A stretch of 64,000 bases of DNA from Oculina patagonica (lineage: Eukaryota): NCBI RefSeq assembly GCF_052425735.1, contig NC_135761.1, positions 33,666,001 through 33,730,000 of the forward strand, written 5' to 3'. Shown piece by piece: positions 45,701 through 60,059 of the stretch (positions are counted from its first letter, which is position 1; each line of letters opens with the position of its first letter). Made by a program: the position numbers and the translations under genes. Under the pieces are notes generated by a model. It searched no databases. It was not told where the DNA came from and saw only the letters and a program-made list of their open reading frames with translations.

Positions 45701-47873
45701 ATAGTTGATTCACATAGTGATCGTAGAGGGAAATATTGACTTTGCTTGAGACAGAGAAGAAAACAAGGGTCAAAAGGTTATTTTGAAGCATGACTACACT
45801 TGATAATTACGTTTTTTATTGAACCACATGGCGACATTTAACAAACTATTAATTCAGTTATTGCGTCAACATGGAGGTATATTGCAGTGGTCTGACCCCA
45901 CCTTGTACCCATCTGCAAGCTGATCTAACAATTTATGCCTAGTGGAAAAGTCTTATGGAAGTTATCTGTGGAAGTGATGTTGGAACATATGAAGCCATGC
46001 CGTTTGTTTGTAACCAAATTTACAAAGCGGAGATGCGTAACCTTTGTGGCAAAAGACAACTTAAGTCCATTGTTCAACACAGCCATGAGAAAAAAATATT
46101 AAGATCAGCCAATTTTCAAAAGGCCTTGTAGATGTCTTCAGATTTATGCTTTGGTGAAATTGGTAATTGGTCTAATGATTGCACAGAGCCCCCTCAGCAA
46201 CAGTGGCTTGCAAAACAACACTGCCAAAAGTGTGATTTACAAGGAAACCTAGTAGCATTCCCCCAAATTCTGACAAAGCAATATTTAAAGCAGAGGTCGC
46301 CAGAATGTCACCAATATTAAAAGCAGAGGTCGCAATCAGATGATCTCAACTTTTTACTTATTTGTGCATTGTTTGCTGAGCCATCCCCATCTGCTCCACG
46401 TCTGAATCTTGCTGACCTGACAGACTGCTAATGTGAAACCATGTTTTGGTTAGCTACCCATAATCGTAAAACCAGTACCTCTGGCGTGTACAGGCTACGA
46501 AAACACAGCAAAAAAAATGTAGAAAATAAATGGCATAAAAATCTTTATTTATTCAGAAGCTCTACAAATTATAAAGGGCTTGTTTCTTCTTATTTGTAGA
46601 TGCCAAAAAGGTGACATGGAGCGTCTCTTACATGCTTTTGAGCACTACCTTCTCTTGTTCATGAGTGGATATTAGATTTGAACCAGGAAAGATAAGGTCA
46701 ACACGCTATTGCAAAAGAAGTCAGGACTAGTCAACATTTTCAGAAAAAAGGTTTTAGCAAAAAAATTCCTACACCATGAGCTAATTTCCCTGAGCCTAAT
46801 TGACGCAAACGTTCTTGAATACATTGACGACCAATGAAGTACGAAAACAAATAAAGCCAAGTACCTATCACAGCAGAAAACTCAGCAGGGTATTTCAGGG
46901 AGTGTGGCTATCTTGTTTAAAACTAACAACATTCGAAGCAAAAAGTAAAACAGGAAGACGAAAATAGAGTCAATAGTACTTTTTCAGTGCTAAACAAGCA
47001 ATCGGATCAAAATCCAACAATTACACCCTACCAGATGAACCTAAAAAAGGTTCAAAAGGTCACGCCAGTGGACTATGATTGGTGGGTTTTCATCCATCCT
47101 GTTTGTTTTGCATGTCTTAAGGTTGAATTTAGAATGTTGCGGCTATGCACAGTCATGTAAATATGTATATTCCGCCGAGATTAGGTCATTAATTATCTTC
47201 AGCACGTGGAGAGCAATGTGTTGCAATAGGACTTGTTGCTCATTGGTCGCTGGGTAATATAAAGGGAAACGGACGCCTATAACTTGTGGTTAGTTAATTA
47301 AAACCGACAAGGAGGGAACTTTAGTTGGCGTCGTCTTTGTTTCCATCAACCCCAGCTCGAACTGTAGATTCATGGAAGAACAAGCTCCTATTGCAGCTCC
47401 TGCAGCAGTTCTTGCAGTGCTACAAGGTGTAGTAGATGAACTAGCACCAAATCCACCGGCACCGAATGTACCTGCACCGAACGCTTCAGCGGCAGATGGA
47501 CAAGTCCCTGAGGTATTTATTTCTTGTTTACTTGAAACTTTTGTTGCAAGTTCGCGAAGCTTATACTAAGGGTTTGGTCGCCTGGTCGGGTTTTCTGTAG
47601 TAATGTCATTTTCCCTTGTTTTGCATTCCTTGGTATTGCGGTGAATTTAATTCTAGTTAGGGGTTCCCAAGTTTGTTTTATGTTATTACCTCGTTGGTCT
47701 TTCTATAGTTTTATTGCTTCATTTTGTTTTGCTTTGCTGGTTTTTATTACTGTGTTAATGTTACAACGGGTAGTTTATACCTTATGGTTTCGCTGAATAG
47801 AACATCGGGTTTGATATTTGCTGTAGTCGTGTCTGTGAAAGCACTGAATTTTTATTGTCTGTTATGAAACTTG

Positions 47874-48192
47874 CAGTGATCGAGGCAGTATATATACATC
47901 ACATAATAATGCAGGCCCGTGATCGTGGCTGCTTGAAAATGATACACTGGCCTGTGATCAAGGCAGCATGAGAAAATGGGAAATCTGGCCTGTGATCGAG
48001 GCAGTATAAAATGATAACGCAGGCCCGTGTTTGTGGCTGCTTGGGTAAATAATAAACTGGCCCGTGATCGTGGCAGTATAAAAAAAATGACAACGCAGGC
48101 CCGTGATCGTGGCTGCTGGAGAAAATCAAATAATGGGCCTGTCGAGGCAGCATGAGAGAATGATAACGTAGGCCCGTAATCGAGGCTGCTTG
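47874..48192 (+). repeat. Array of 9 GGCCYGTGATCGWGGCWG motifs with a period of about 35-40 bp
   Basis: Copies at about 47876, 47913, 47949, 47987, 48022, 48059, 48098, 48136 and 48171, separated by A-rich linkers. Confidence 0.8.
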
Positions 48193-48280
48193 AGAAAGTG
48201 AATCAATATATTATGAGTTTATTCAAGACAGTTATAAGCTAACTTTCTGTGTTGGCTCTAGATCCCTAATCGAGAAGATT

Positions 48281-48718
48281 ATGGAGATGGTGAAGTCAAA
48301 GGCTGCACCATTTAATAAGGACCAGGTGTTCGAGCAGATTTTAAACCTGAAGGTTGTGGCTTTGGAAACCAAACACCCTAAAGCCAACTTCTACTCTACA
48401 GTGTTCCAAGCTTTACGTGAGAAGATGGGTGGTTCAGATGAGCAATTTAAAAGATATGTTTTGGCTCTTCTTGGAGACAAAGACCAAGAGAAGGTGCTTG
48501 GTGCTATGACAAAGGTTGACAAGGCCCTGAGGGTCCCATCCTTTTTGGCTACACCCACGTTCCGAGGTCGTGAGCGTGGTAGATCTCTAGGCGGTGTTCA
48601 GTGCTTATATTGTAAGGGTTATGGTCATTACCAGAGAAATTGTCAAATTTGCTGGAGAGATGATGAAAAGCCACCTCCAGCAAAGAGAGGGAGATGGTTC
48701 AGGGGGTCGCCAGTGTGA
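48281..48718 (+). CDS. Gag-like protein fragment with CCHC zinc knuckle
   Basis: CLYCKGYGHYQRNC fits C-x2-C-x4-H-x4-C, preceded by an RG-rich stretch. Confidence 0.6.
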   Translation: MEMVKSKAAPFNKDQVFEQILNLKVVALETKHPKANFYSTVFQALREKMGGSDEQFKRYVLALLGDKDQEKVLGAMTKVDKALRVPSFLATPTFRGRERGRSLGGVQCLYCKGYGHYQRNCQICWRDDEKPPPAKRGRWFRGSPV

Positions 48719-48857
48719 TCGGACAGATTAAATCCCTGGTTTTAAGTTCAGTTGAACCATTTACGTGTAATAAGAATAAGAATAAATGAATTACAAACAG
48801 TATAAAATTAATTTGTGTGTACAAAGTTGATTTCCTTTGTTTGGGTATTTTTTAGTA

Positions 48858-49008
48858 ATATATCAAACACGAGACAGCGTTTTTCATCACATTTCCAAAC
48901 ACCGAGAAGAGAGTTGAAAGTACGACGCACAGCCACAGCGAAGTATTTTTGACGAACTTCGAGGTGTTTTGAAATGTGATGAAACACTCTGTCGAGTGGT
49001 TGATATAT
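48858..49008. repeat. Foldback (MITE-like) repeat
   Basis: ATATATCAAACACGAGACAG...TTTCATCACATTTC pairs with GAAATGTGATGAAA...CTGTCGAGTGGTTGATATAT. Confidence 0.65.
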
Positions 49009-50124
49009 CTTCTCGATCGAAACTAAAACTACAACAAAAACGGAAAAATAAAATCGTCAAAATCTATGCTAATTAACATCAGATTTCCAAACTCCGTCAC
49101 GGTTCTGATTTCCTTTGTTTAAACTAGATGAATTATTAATAAGTTTGAGAACGGCATTTCTTAGTCTCTTATTTCATGGTATATGGGTACCACAACAAAA
49201 TTTTAGTTTTATCTTTAATGAGGGTGAGTAACTCCCGTGGGCTAGCCTTATTGCTAGGCAGTCTGTGGACGTTCCTTTCGGGGCGTGGAAAGTTACTCTC
49301 TCCTGATCGGGGACCTCATCTTTAGTGGTTAGGTTCTCTTAGGAGGGATAGTTTCATTTGGGTTTTCAGTTTCCTATAAATATTTTTCCCAATTATTTCG
49401 CAGATCCGCCAGGTGAAGCGGAAAAGGATCTGCGAGGGCTTTGAAATTCCTGCCTGGGAAAAGATAAATGAGGAATTTGACCTTAATTTATCCTGTTGTC
49501 AGCCTCCCAATGAGAATTTATTTTCGACTACTATAGATGGGGTCCTCGTTGAGGAGGGAGTTACAGAGATTCCCACTATAAAGGATGTTCTAGTATCTGA
49601 AAAGGTGCCTGATTTATCTCTGTTGCGATTTCGTGACTCCGATCATTTTGTGGCTGGCGGCGTTCACAAGGACCCGTCCACTTGTACAATGTAACTTAAC
49701 TTGTACAATGTACAAGTTAAGTGCTATAGAGATATCTTTTGTTTTCAATTTTTACATGAAGTCTAGAAAAGATGTTGTGGTTTTATTATTTTCAGTATAT
49801 ATATTTTTTGTGAAAAAAATGTTTTCAAACCAGTTTGATATTCATTTTCCATTGTCTTAAATTCATGATCATAATCTGTAACAAAAGAAAATAAAAATCT
49901 GATGGATTTTTAAAATTTTAAGTCAAATACAGTACCATAACATCCACATGTACATTAATGCAATTTGTAAGAAGCTTTAGCACCATTGCATGAACGACTG
50001 GCAACATGGGTTGAATGCTGAGTGATTGATACTTACCCTAACAGTACCATCTGGAGTGTATATTTGTTTGACAGCATAAAGAAGGATACTGTCTCATTTA
50101 TAGAACATGAAGCCAGTATAAATA

Positions 50125-50169
<45 letters not shown>

Positions 50170-50172
<3 letters not shown>

Positions 50173-51183
50173 GCATTGTGAGGGTGCTTTAACAGTCTTA
50201 GCAGTATTTACCATTAGTCGGAGAAGGAGAAGAGGTCACCTTTGCAGAGCAAGGACTAGTTGGGGATCAACTGACAATTAAGCGAGCTGTAAATACCGTC
50301 CGATCTATGACAAATGGTTACACTCTACTGGAAAGACTGGAAGGATTTCATTTTGGAATAGCTGACTGGCATACTGGTGTTAAATTTTTGGGTGTAAGTT
50401 AATATAGAAAATAAGTGATATAAGACAATATGATAATATGAGACAATAAGTGGATTTTTTTTTCTAGTGGAATCTTCAGTGAGTAATGTCACATGGTAAC
50501 AGTGTAACAGTATTTATAAATCTTTATATAATAACTACTTGATACATTAAATAAGGAAGCATTTGATGGTCAAATACATGCAATATCATTATGGTCAGAT
50601 CTTTTTCTATGAGCACCTTTAAGAAAGACAGTTGGTATTTCACCCTGGCCTTATGGCATCTTCCTTTACTAATTAGGTGGCTGATTTTTACATGCATATG
50701 ATTCCAATTTGCTAAACCCATTCTTTTTACCATATTTTATTTTCCCAGACTATTTTCAAAAAGCTGTATTCACCAAAGTTAGGAGGGGATCTGTGCACAC
50801 TGTTCAGTGACAGAAACCTCATTAACCGCAGAAACGTCAGGGGAGAGGTGAAAGAAGCCTACACGCAATGCAAAGAATTTTTTTTGCTTCAATTTGAGAG
50901 CAGAGTTGTTGCCGCTGCCTTTCAAGTTCTTGGCATGTCATCGCTTGATGACACCCTAAGCATCCATCCAGTTCCTCAGTCAGTGCAGGAAGATGCCCAA
51001 AGTATCCTTGGCAAGGATACTAAGGTGTCTAAAGCTATTTTGGACACATTTGTTTGTGCTGATTCAAAATCTGCTGAAATAATTAATTCTGTTCTTAATG
51101 AAGAGGAAGTAGCACAGGAGGAATTACTTATCCAGCTGTGGCCAAAGTATCAGTGTTTGTATCAGACTAGCTCCAAAGATTAA
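50170..51183 (+). pseudogene. DUF6589-type (AcademH-like) transposase fragment with an intron at about 50393-50748
   Basis: GDQLT..RA......NG.T..ERLEG....ADWH before a GTAAGT donor, then LYS.....D.CTLFSDRNLINRRNV...AY..CKEFF....RVVAAA..VLGM. Confidence 0.65.
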
Positions 51184-51989
51184 AAGCGGACCGACAAGAA
51201 AGCGGCGGCCGTCGAGGAAATTAAAAGAAGTCTTGAAGAAAAGCTCAGTACAGAGCAGGAACCCTTCACTGGTAAGCTGGCCGTCTGTATTCCTATTATG
51301 CCAGACTCAAGAGAAACTAGACTCCATTATAGCATTCAAGTTTCTTTTTGTTTTGCTCCCAAGCCCATTTCTTTGTTTGAATATAATCAAGTGTTTTGAC
51401 TTTGACGTGCGCATTATTGAAATTTTTTTAAGATTTTACTTCAAGTTAATAATTTTTCAATTTTAAGTCAACTATTGCACATATGAATAACAATTACTCG
51501 ATTGTTTCCTTCAGATGAACTGACTGAGATAAGACCTTGTCACTCTATTACCATAGATGCCACAATGGACTGCCTGGAATTAATAATCTGGTGCAAACTG
51601 GGTATACAGCACTTGGGCTTCATGAATTTGCAAGCTTTGTTAAGAAATGGTATCTGCCAACTTCGCCCATTTCTGGCACAGGCGCTGACTTCATTCACCT
51701 AGTTTCATTCATGAATCGTTGTGCGGTGCCCTGGTTTCAGCACTAAAAAGAAATGGTGTGTTTTATTAAGCTGCTGGCCATGAAAACACTGCCAAAAAGA
51801 GATAAGTGTGAACGGAATTGCAAAGTCTCAGTGGAAAGAAATATTAAGCGTGAAAGAAGAAATCGGGAGGGGCTCATTTGGATCCACCCCTGAACTCATC
51901 TACCGTACTCAACTGCTAATGGTTGTTATATCTAATCTCTGTTTTCTGTGCATCGATTTATGAATGGTAGCATGTCAAAGTTATTCCAC

Positions 51990-52580
51990 GCAAATCCCAT
52001 CCCTTAAGTGTATGAAACACAAACGAATGATGATTATCCTGCTGTGTCCATTTTACCTGCGCTGTCAATGGTATATGAGAAGCTGGCTCTTCGACAAATG
52101 TCATACTTTCTAAAGGATAAAGCCATTTTGCAGCCAAACATAAGTGCCTATCGCAAATGCCATTCCACTAAAACAACTCTTCTTGCTATAAGGGATGACA
52201 AACTTAAACCAATGAAAAGAGGTGAAGTCACAATTGCAGTTATGGCGGACTTCTCCAAAGCCTTTGACACGGTGGCATAAGGTACGGTCTTGTCCAAATT
52301 AAACAAGTTAGGATTCTCCAAGGCTGCTTAACACTGGGTATCAAGCTATCTAATAAATCGGGGCCTGTATGTCCAAATTGATGATCTTTTATCAGAACAC
52401 AATGGCGTGACTTTCGGAGTTCAGCAAGGGTCAATCTTAGGCCCTGTATTATTTCACTTGTACGAGAATGACCTTTCGAAGTGCTACCATCAAAAGTTAA
52501 ATGTCACCAATATGCAGATGACACAACTTTCTATAGGCACTCAAACGATCTCCAAACCTGCCAACTTGTTATCGCTTGAG
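51990..52580 (+). pseudogene. CR1/L2-type RT fragment, degenerate
   Basis: VSILPALS.VYEK, SAYRK.HST.T.L, ADFSKAFDTV, GVQQGSILGP, QYADDT. Confidence 0.8.
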
Positions 52581-52659
52581 CAGATAAAATCACGAGTTTG
52601 AGATTGACGAATCCATGATCCGTTACTCGCGAAAGAAGAAGGTTAAAATGATGAAAATG

Positions 52660-53780
52660 CCAAAATGCCGTACTGGCGAAGTTTTCTGCACTGGAGAGAA
52701 CTTTGAAAGAGTAGCCAAAGAGAAAAGAGCCATGCAGTCACCACCATTATGATCTGTTTCAAAGCAAAGGAGTTGGCAAAACAGATGAATGTCGCTGAAT
52801 TTGTTGGTGGCCCGAGCTGGTGTAGCAGATTCATGCGCCAAAATTGCCTATTTGTGCGTGCGAGAACTACTGTTGGCCAGAAGCTTCCAGGTGACTGGGA
52901 GAAGAAAGTTGTGAACTTTCGCAAGTTTGTTTGACGAAGAAAAGAGGAGCTTTGGTTTTCAACATTGATGAAGTTCCGATGTCATTTCATGCTCCTCATT
53001 CCAGAACTGTTGACTCAACAGGCGCTGAAAGCGTTCCTGTTTCAACCACCGGTCACAAGAAAACTGGCTTCACTGTTGTCCTTGCGTGCTTGGAGTGAAG
53101 GAAAAAGCTCAAACCAATAGTCATCTTTAATCCCAAAACGCTACCAAAAGAAAAGCTTCCAGATGGTGTGGTTGTCCACTGCCACGGCAAAGAATGGATG
53201 GATTGCGACGGAATGGCTGTTTGGGGTGACAGAGTTTGTTTGGCGACCAAGACCTGTGTCTTTTTTTCGACAGAACATCGCTTTTGATCTTCGACAGTTT
53301 CAGGGTGCACATCAATGAAGTTGTTCAAAACACTTTCAAAAATGAGCACAAAACAACCACTGCAGTGATTCCTGGCGGCCTTACTAAGAAATTGTAGCCA
53401 TTAGACATTGCTGTGAATCGCTCATTTAAAAACCATATCCATGCCGAGTGGGAAAAGTGGATGTCGAAGGGCCTACACACCTTCACCGAAACCGGGGAAA
53501 TGAGGAGGACAACGCATGCTGAAGTCTGCGATTGGGTTATTCAAGCATGGAGGGCAGTGAAAACAACTATCACAAATGGATTTAGAAAGGCAGGCATTAC
53601 GGTTTGTGCTGAGGATAGAGCAAGCAATGAGTCCGACAACAGTGACTATGACTATAGGTTTGATATTTTTTTTTTGGTTTTTTTTTATTGGAATCCCCGA
53701 CCGCTCTGGGTCCTGTTATGGATGCTAATTTAATTGACTTGTTTAATAGTGACACGGAAGATGGGACTTAAATGGATTTT
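52660..53780 (+). pseudogene. Pogo-family transposase remnant (CENP-B HTH + DDE_1)
   Basis: SWCSRFMR....VRARTTVGQKLP, NIDEVP, TTGH.K..FTVVLAC, LIFDSF..H, IPGGLT..L.PLDIAVNRSFK. Many lesions. Confidence 0.85.
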
Positions 53781-56260
53781 AAACTGAACTTGATCAAACT
53801 GAACACTAGCCTGGGAACTGAACTTTGTATTATAGTATGGACATAATTAAAAAAAAAAGACCATTTAGGTTTTAGTGAATGAATGCATGTTTCAGGCATT
53901 TTTCAAAACATTTTAGAAGTGAATGAACTGTTTGTTATTTCTAGTGTTTTAAAATAGTTTTGGAGAACGTTTTTACTTAGCACATTAAAGGTATTGTTAT
54001 TAACATAATATTGCAGTTTTTTCCTGTTTCACGGGTACGTTTTGGCTGCCTGTCACCCCTACCCCATAAGGATCTTTTACACACGTCCCAGCTTTCTCTC
54101 AACCTAACAAAAATGGTGCTCAATGATCGATTGCTCCAACAACGAATGCTTCGCATTCTGTTAAGTCTTAAAAATCAATACATTGGATATTTTACTTGTA
54201 AAATCAAACTTAAGAAAGCAATGGCTGAGGAGAGTGCTTTTAACTGCCCTTTTGGTGGCCAAGTAGCAGAAACGTTTATCTTATTCCAAATAGACACAAA
54301 CATGAAAGAAATTACGGTAGCATATATTTAGCCCATTGTTGTTTAATATCTTTACCGAAGCAACAATGGTATTTCCTCTCGATATTTTATTAGCGACGCC
54401 CAGAGAAAAAGCTGTACTGTGTTCTCACTCTATTTCTGCAAAACCAGAATCTTTCAGATTGCTGTCTTCGATCTGTCCTAAATTCACAATGCGCTTTACT
54501 ATTTTACTTTACGCTAAGCCAAAGAACATTTTGCTACACCATTTATAGCACGTCGAGCGAATTTGCAATAAGCTTAACTGTAACGCATTTTATTTCAATA
54601 GCTAAGAGTTTTTTAATATAACAGCCTCTTAAATACTTCGTAAACCTCCCAACTGCATCCATGACTAAATTGCAATGCATGCTGTGTATTAAAACATTTC
54701 TTTTTTTGGTGTGTGTGAGATTGAAATTTGGCTTTTAATACTTCCAACAGGTAGACACCCAACGAAAGGCAAAGACAAGAAAAAGGGAATCAGGAGAACA
54801 AATGGTTAGACAAATATATTTTTTTAAATGCCTTCGTACTTTGTCACTAGAAAAAACTAAAACTAAGAATGAAAAAGGTTGTGATATTTAGGTCTTCCAA
54901 CAGAGCAGGGCCTGAACAATCGATGAAACCGATGATCGGAAAATCAATCGATAACAATCGATAATCACACAAAAGTGGTTGCAACACATCGATTGGCGTT
55001 AAAAAATTCACGGTTTGCCACGTTCCAGCATGTAAGTATACGCACTCGCAGTATGCACGAATGTTTGAGATGATTCGAATTTGTTCACAGGATTGTTTGT
55101 ATGCAGTTGAATGGTTTCAAAAATCAAGAACAGATACAAACTTTGACAGACTTTGAACAGTGTGAAACAGTGTTTTGAAAAAACACACGTCAACAACACA
55201 CCTTTTCGCTTAGCTGTTCCTTTTGCTGTTCTTTATAGCGGAGCTCCACGCGCCGAAGGCGCGTAGCGTAGCTCCATTGGTAACATGCGGGTACAAGGGA
55301 ACAGACAGGGCAAATGGTATCCTATCGAACCGAGAAATTTTGGTTGTCGGGTACGTACGTCCGTACGCACGGATTAGGCCTGGGAACGAGCTAGGCTCCG
55401 GTGGCAACCCGCGTCTTTTGGCGGGAAAAATCATTACTATCAAGGCCTTAGAAAAAAAGTTTTTTTAAAACGATTTCTACTCAGCTAAGCTTTATATAGT
55501 AGGAAGTTTTAAACGCGAGGAAAAAAAAATCATTCTTAGCTCTTGTTGACAATGTTAGAATTACATGAAGGGGAGACTAACTTGAGGAAGTCCGCTGTGT
55601 GAAAAGTCAGGAAACAATCTCACAGCATGCCGATTTACCAAGCGTACGCATGAGTTCACTACTAAGCATGAAGACTCCTCGATTGAAAAGCACACGAAGA
55701 ACTCAGTTTTAAAGACAGTTTATTACAGATACATTATTTCTGGATATATTCCTCGTTTCACCCGCGATGACAACCATAGTTAGTAGAGGAGTAAAGATTG
55801 TGGCCGATCGAAATGGAAAATCTTCCAAGCTTCTTGGTGAGTTTGAAGCAAAGACGGTCAAAGACAACATTCCTTTACGAAATCAAGGTGAGCTATTGAT
55901 GTTCATTTTTTAACAGATTAGAAACGTCTTTGGTATTTAGATTAACCAGCATTCAACCTAATACACTGTACATCATTTTTAAACGAAGCTGGGTTCTAGC
56001 TCTCAGTCGTGTACCGGTATGTCAAACAAGGACATAGACTTAATGAACTGAAATTCGTTTTGTCTTAAACACGAGTTGTATTCAAAGCATACCTTACTTC
56101 TGGTTTTTCCTATCTGCGTTAATTTGTTTATTCTGTAGTTAAATCACCGAAGTAGGAAGAACACACCACTTTTAAACGTTGGAAAGAGTACAGAACAATT
56201 AGTAGAGAACAAAATTTACATGAAAATTTGTAAGAATGTGGTCGAGTCAGATGCAATATA

Positions 56261-57291
56261 CAGTATGGGGCCCAGTTCTCTGCCACTATAGACGTAAACT
56301 AGTATTTCTTTTCTCAGAATAACCAAAGAAACTTGAAATTTCTCCCAGAGCTTTCTACATTATTCAGCTTTTTGGTGTAAAGCTATCGACCGGTTAATAA
56401 TTAATTATCCCGAACAATAATAAAAATAAAATCTCCTTATGTGGGCCCAGTTCTCGGCCACGCGGCCCAGTTCTCGGCCACCAAAAAGCTTATGCGTAAT
56501 TTCCGTATAAAAAGGCTCAATTAATTTTCACAGTCATAAAATCACTCTGTAAACTCATTTATGTTATATCGATCGCAAATTATTTTTATGAGGCTTTTTG
56601 CAGGTTCTTGCAAAACCGCAGAATTGTGTTGTGTGACCAATGCATTTAGATGGTTTACTTTGCAGGGTCTTGAAAGAGTTAGGTGTTGTAGAAATAATAA
56701 ACAAGACAAGAGTTAGCTCAAAACTTAGAGATTTAATTGAACTTTATTTTTAAAACATTTCTTTCTTTTATTCTGGCTGCAGTAGATGAAATTATATTAA
56801 AAACCAAGCGCTAAGCTGTGATAGCGAGCAGGGTGGCCAAGAACTGGCAAATACCGGTACGCAAAAGTCGCACGGAAAAATTCCGAAGTAAATTAAGACC
56901 AACAAAATACAAAGAATCAACGAAAAGTTAACTTAAGCAGAAAGCTGAATTATTTTACGTTTCACATGCAAAAAAATTAGCTCTTTTGGTTGGGGCTTTC
57001 GGATAAAATACGAATTTAACTGCATCCAAGAATTTCAAGGAGCCGTAAACAAACAAGATTTCGGGAAAACAAATTAACCTACCTCCGCGTAAACTCGACG
57101 TGTGAGCTTTCTATAGCGTGTTGAAGGATCAAACTAACGATACTTAGAGCACAAGAATCAGTCTATCGCAAATGTAAATCTATCGCTGGATGTAAATAAC
57201 TTTTTGTTTTAATTCAACTGAGGCGTGAAAAAACGCGTTGAACACAAAGTGGCCGAGAACTGGACCCGGCCGAGAACTGGGCCCCATACTG
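56261..57291. mobile_element. Tc1/mariner-pogo type MITE, TA TSD
   Basis: TA|CAGTATGGGGCCCAGTTCTC...GAGAACTGGGCCCCATACTG|TA, with internal GGCCCAGTTCTCGGCCAC repeats. Confidence 0.88.
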
Positions 57292-57516
57292 TATAGGGGA
57301 CATTGCTAGCTGAGAGTCTTAGCGAAATATAGTTTCTCCATGACCTCTGTTATTTTTCACTGAGAACTTTGCGTAGTCTTCCTTATTTTAGTTTTTATAT
57401 TTTTATCATATGAATGTTATGAGTGAAAACGTTTTGTGAAAGTTTTGTATTTCTTATCTGATTTTACAGCCTTTCTCAGAATAAATTGATTAGTTTTTTC
57501 ATATTTTTATAACTTA

Positions 57517-57909
57517 CCGTATTTAATCGATTAAACGCCTCCCTCGAATGAGCGCTACATATTAGAACAGAAATATTAATAAACGTCGCCCTCAAACAAT
57601 CATTCGAATAACAGACTCGGAAAGCAAATGCAGTAATAATCAAGCTTGAGCAGGCCAAAAAAAATATTTTTCTTGATTGTAACAAGGTTTTAAGGTATTG
57701 AAATTGACTTTTCAGGCATGCACTAAAACATGTTTCTGTTTTTTTTTTTTTTTAAATTTAAATGTTCAGTGACCATACTATTGTTTACAAGAAATAAATT
57801 GAATTTTAAATGAACGCCGCCCTCGTATAAATGCTTTCCTCTAATAAACGCCGCACTCGAATCACGAAAAATTAAATAAACGCCGTGGCGTTTAATCAAA
57901 TAAATATGG
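57517..57909. mobile_element. Pogo-type MITE, TA TSD
   Basis: TA|CCGTATTTAATCGATTAAACGCC...GGCGTTTAATCAAATAAATATGG|TA, with TAAACGCC subrepeats. Confidence 0.8.
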
Positions 57910-60059
57910 TACATAAAAGAATATAGCACAGATTCTAAAATGTTATGCGAAAGATCATGAAATTTTCTTAAGTTATAACAACCAAGCTGATCCTGAAGTT
58001 ATCATGTAGAATAAGGGCTTGGAAAAAAATAAATTCCAGATTGCCCTGTGGTTAACAAGCAGCTCTCAAATTTTGCTTGCCTAGGACTGTGCATGATTAT
58101 GTTTCTTAGTAAACTTGTGACTGTATAATTTACATGTAGACGACTTGCCTGGGCCTTTTAACCTAAATTACGCAAACAGGCACGAAAAATTAATTGCTTG
58201 ACAGAAAAATCTACTTGCCCCAGATAATCAGAGGGTACTTTTTTAGCCCTGTGGCTATGAGCATTGCTTTCTGGAAGGTTGCACATGACTCGTACAATTC
58301 TTTAAGCCTTTCAAAGTTTTCCAACTTAAAGCAGTGACTAAATCAAATGTTTTTGCCAATTTTTTTTCTACAAGAGAAGTAGGATTAGTTCTTGATCGTG
58401 AAAAAAATAAGTTCAAAATGGGCCTGTCTGCGATGACTCGAGGATTATATAATTAAAAGTAAATAATACATACATGTATTATTTATTTACATGTACAACA
58501 AGTTTTTTGAGGTCAATTTCAGTGAGAAGTATTTATGGAGGGTGTAAGATGCAGTTTGAAGTTATCATTTATTTTGGTAAATCTGTTGTCTTTCTAAAAC
58601 TTGCTGTTAGGATTTCCATACTTTTTGCCAGGATGCAAGTTAAGAATTTTACAGGTTTTTGATATGTATAAATTTTGTTTTCAGTGCAGGGAAAACAGTC
58701 AAGGGGTGCAGTTAGTGAAATTGGTGATGCAGGTAATCATTACATAAGTGTCAGCTTATACCTTTCTTTAGCTAGATATTAAAGAAGCTCCATGACACAT
58801 TAGTGCATGAAACTTGTTTTTCAAGTGTAAAACTTTTGGGTGTGAAAAATGGTATGCGTTTTAACCCCTTGGTAAGTTTACATTGTATATTTCCCTAAAA
58901 TCCTCGTTCAATTGAGGAATTTAATATACACAATTTATATGTAACAGCACATGTACATAAAATGTTTTTATTGTTCAAGTAAAATGTTTTCGTTGTTCAT
59001 ACAATGCACCCCTCCCCCACCGTGGAGGAGGGGTATGAGGGCAAAGAACCAACAAGATCTGCTACCTGACCCGACAAAATACCGGAATACTTGTAATGAT
59101 TTTGTGGGAGAAGTGCAAATTGACCTGTTGTGTTTGAATTCCTTTTGTTAATACCTTAATTAAACCTTTATAGCTAATAAGCTCAAGCCCTAACTTAAGA
59201 TAAATTGTCTTGTTGTGGTACCAGGCAAATGTAGAAATAGAACTTAAACTTAGCTGAAATTTTACGTGAACACAAAGACTTAGTAAAATTTTAGAGCTGT
59301 TTAGGCCAGAAAAGCCAGCTGGGCTTGTTGATGAACCGGCTAAGTGTTTTCTTAGCTACATCCCTGATAAAAGTTTTAGGGAGAATATGTAAGCTTTCCT
59401 GGACTTAATCACAGTACTTTCAACAGCACCTGTCAGAGATAAATAATTATAAGAGTCTCAAAAGACACATCATTTTGTAGGGAACTCTTGAATTAAGCCG
59501 GTGTTTCACACCCCAAAACATTCATCAAAGCCTCGCCATGTGCCGGGTCTTTTTGATAGCACTATTAGTGTCTTCAGTAGGTAAAAAAAGGTTTTGCTGA
59601 CACACTCACTCTGAAAGGACTTTTTGGTTCTAAACATAATGTATCCCCCAACACATTCCCTGGCCCATGCAAAAATTGGAAAAATGACTCTCTTTTTTTA
59701 TGTATCTGTATAATGTTCTGAATAAATTCAATTAAAATTATAAATATTCATTTGATGTCAATGATCATCAACAAAATGGTATCTGTTATTTTCCCTTTTT
59801 CAGGGTTAACACGAGTAGCAGAATTTCCACAGAGAGTTGCAGACACAAGAGAGAGAGAGATAAATGAACAATCAGAATATATTATTTCTTCATTGCATGT
59901 ACAACTAATACTTATGTACTCTGTGTGAAATACAATTTATGTGGTCAGGTGTAATTTTAAAGTTAATGAAATAGAGCCAGATAAGGCTCATCCATGTACG
60001 TATTTCTTAAGGGATCTCTGACAACACAATATAAAAATCATCCGGCTACCCAAACATTT

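Larger units (their letters stand above)
47372..49690 (+). mobile_element. 5' part of a DIRS-like retroelement: probably spliced gag-like ORF plus the start of ORF2
   Basis: TATA at about 47257 and an A/P-rich first exon with donor at 47513. ORF 48281-48718 has a CCHC knuckle. A downstream FRDSDHFVAGGVH segment is truncated at about 49680. No RT or recombinase remains. Confidence 0.45.

Noticed and set aside
47874-48192. Repeat-spacer-like array as a CRISPR
   Set aside because: The repeats are degenerate, and the linkers are short, A-rich and similar to one another, so this is a decayed minisatellite.
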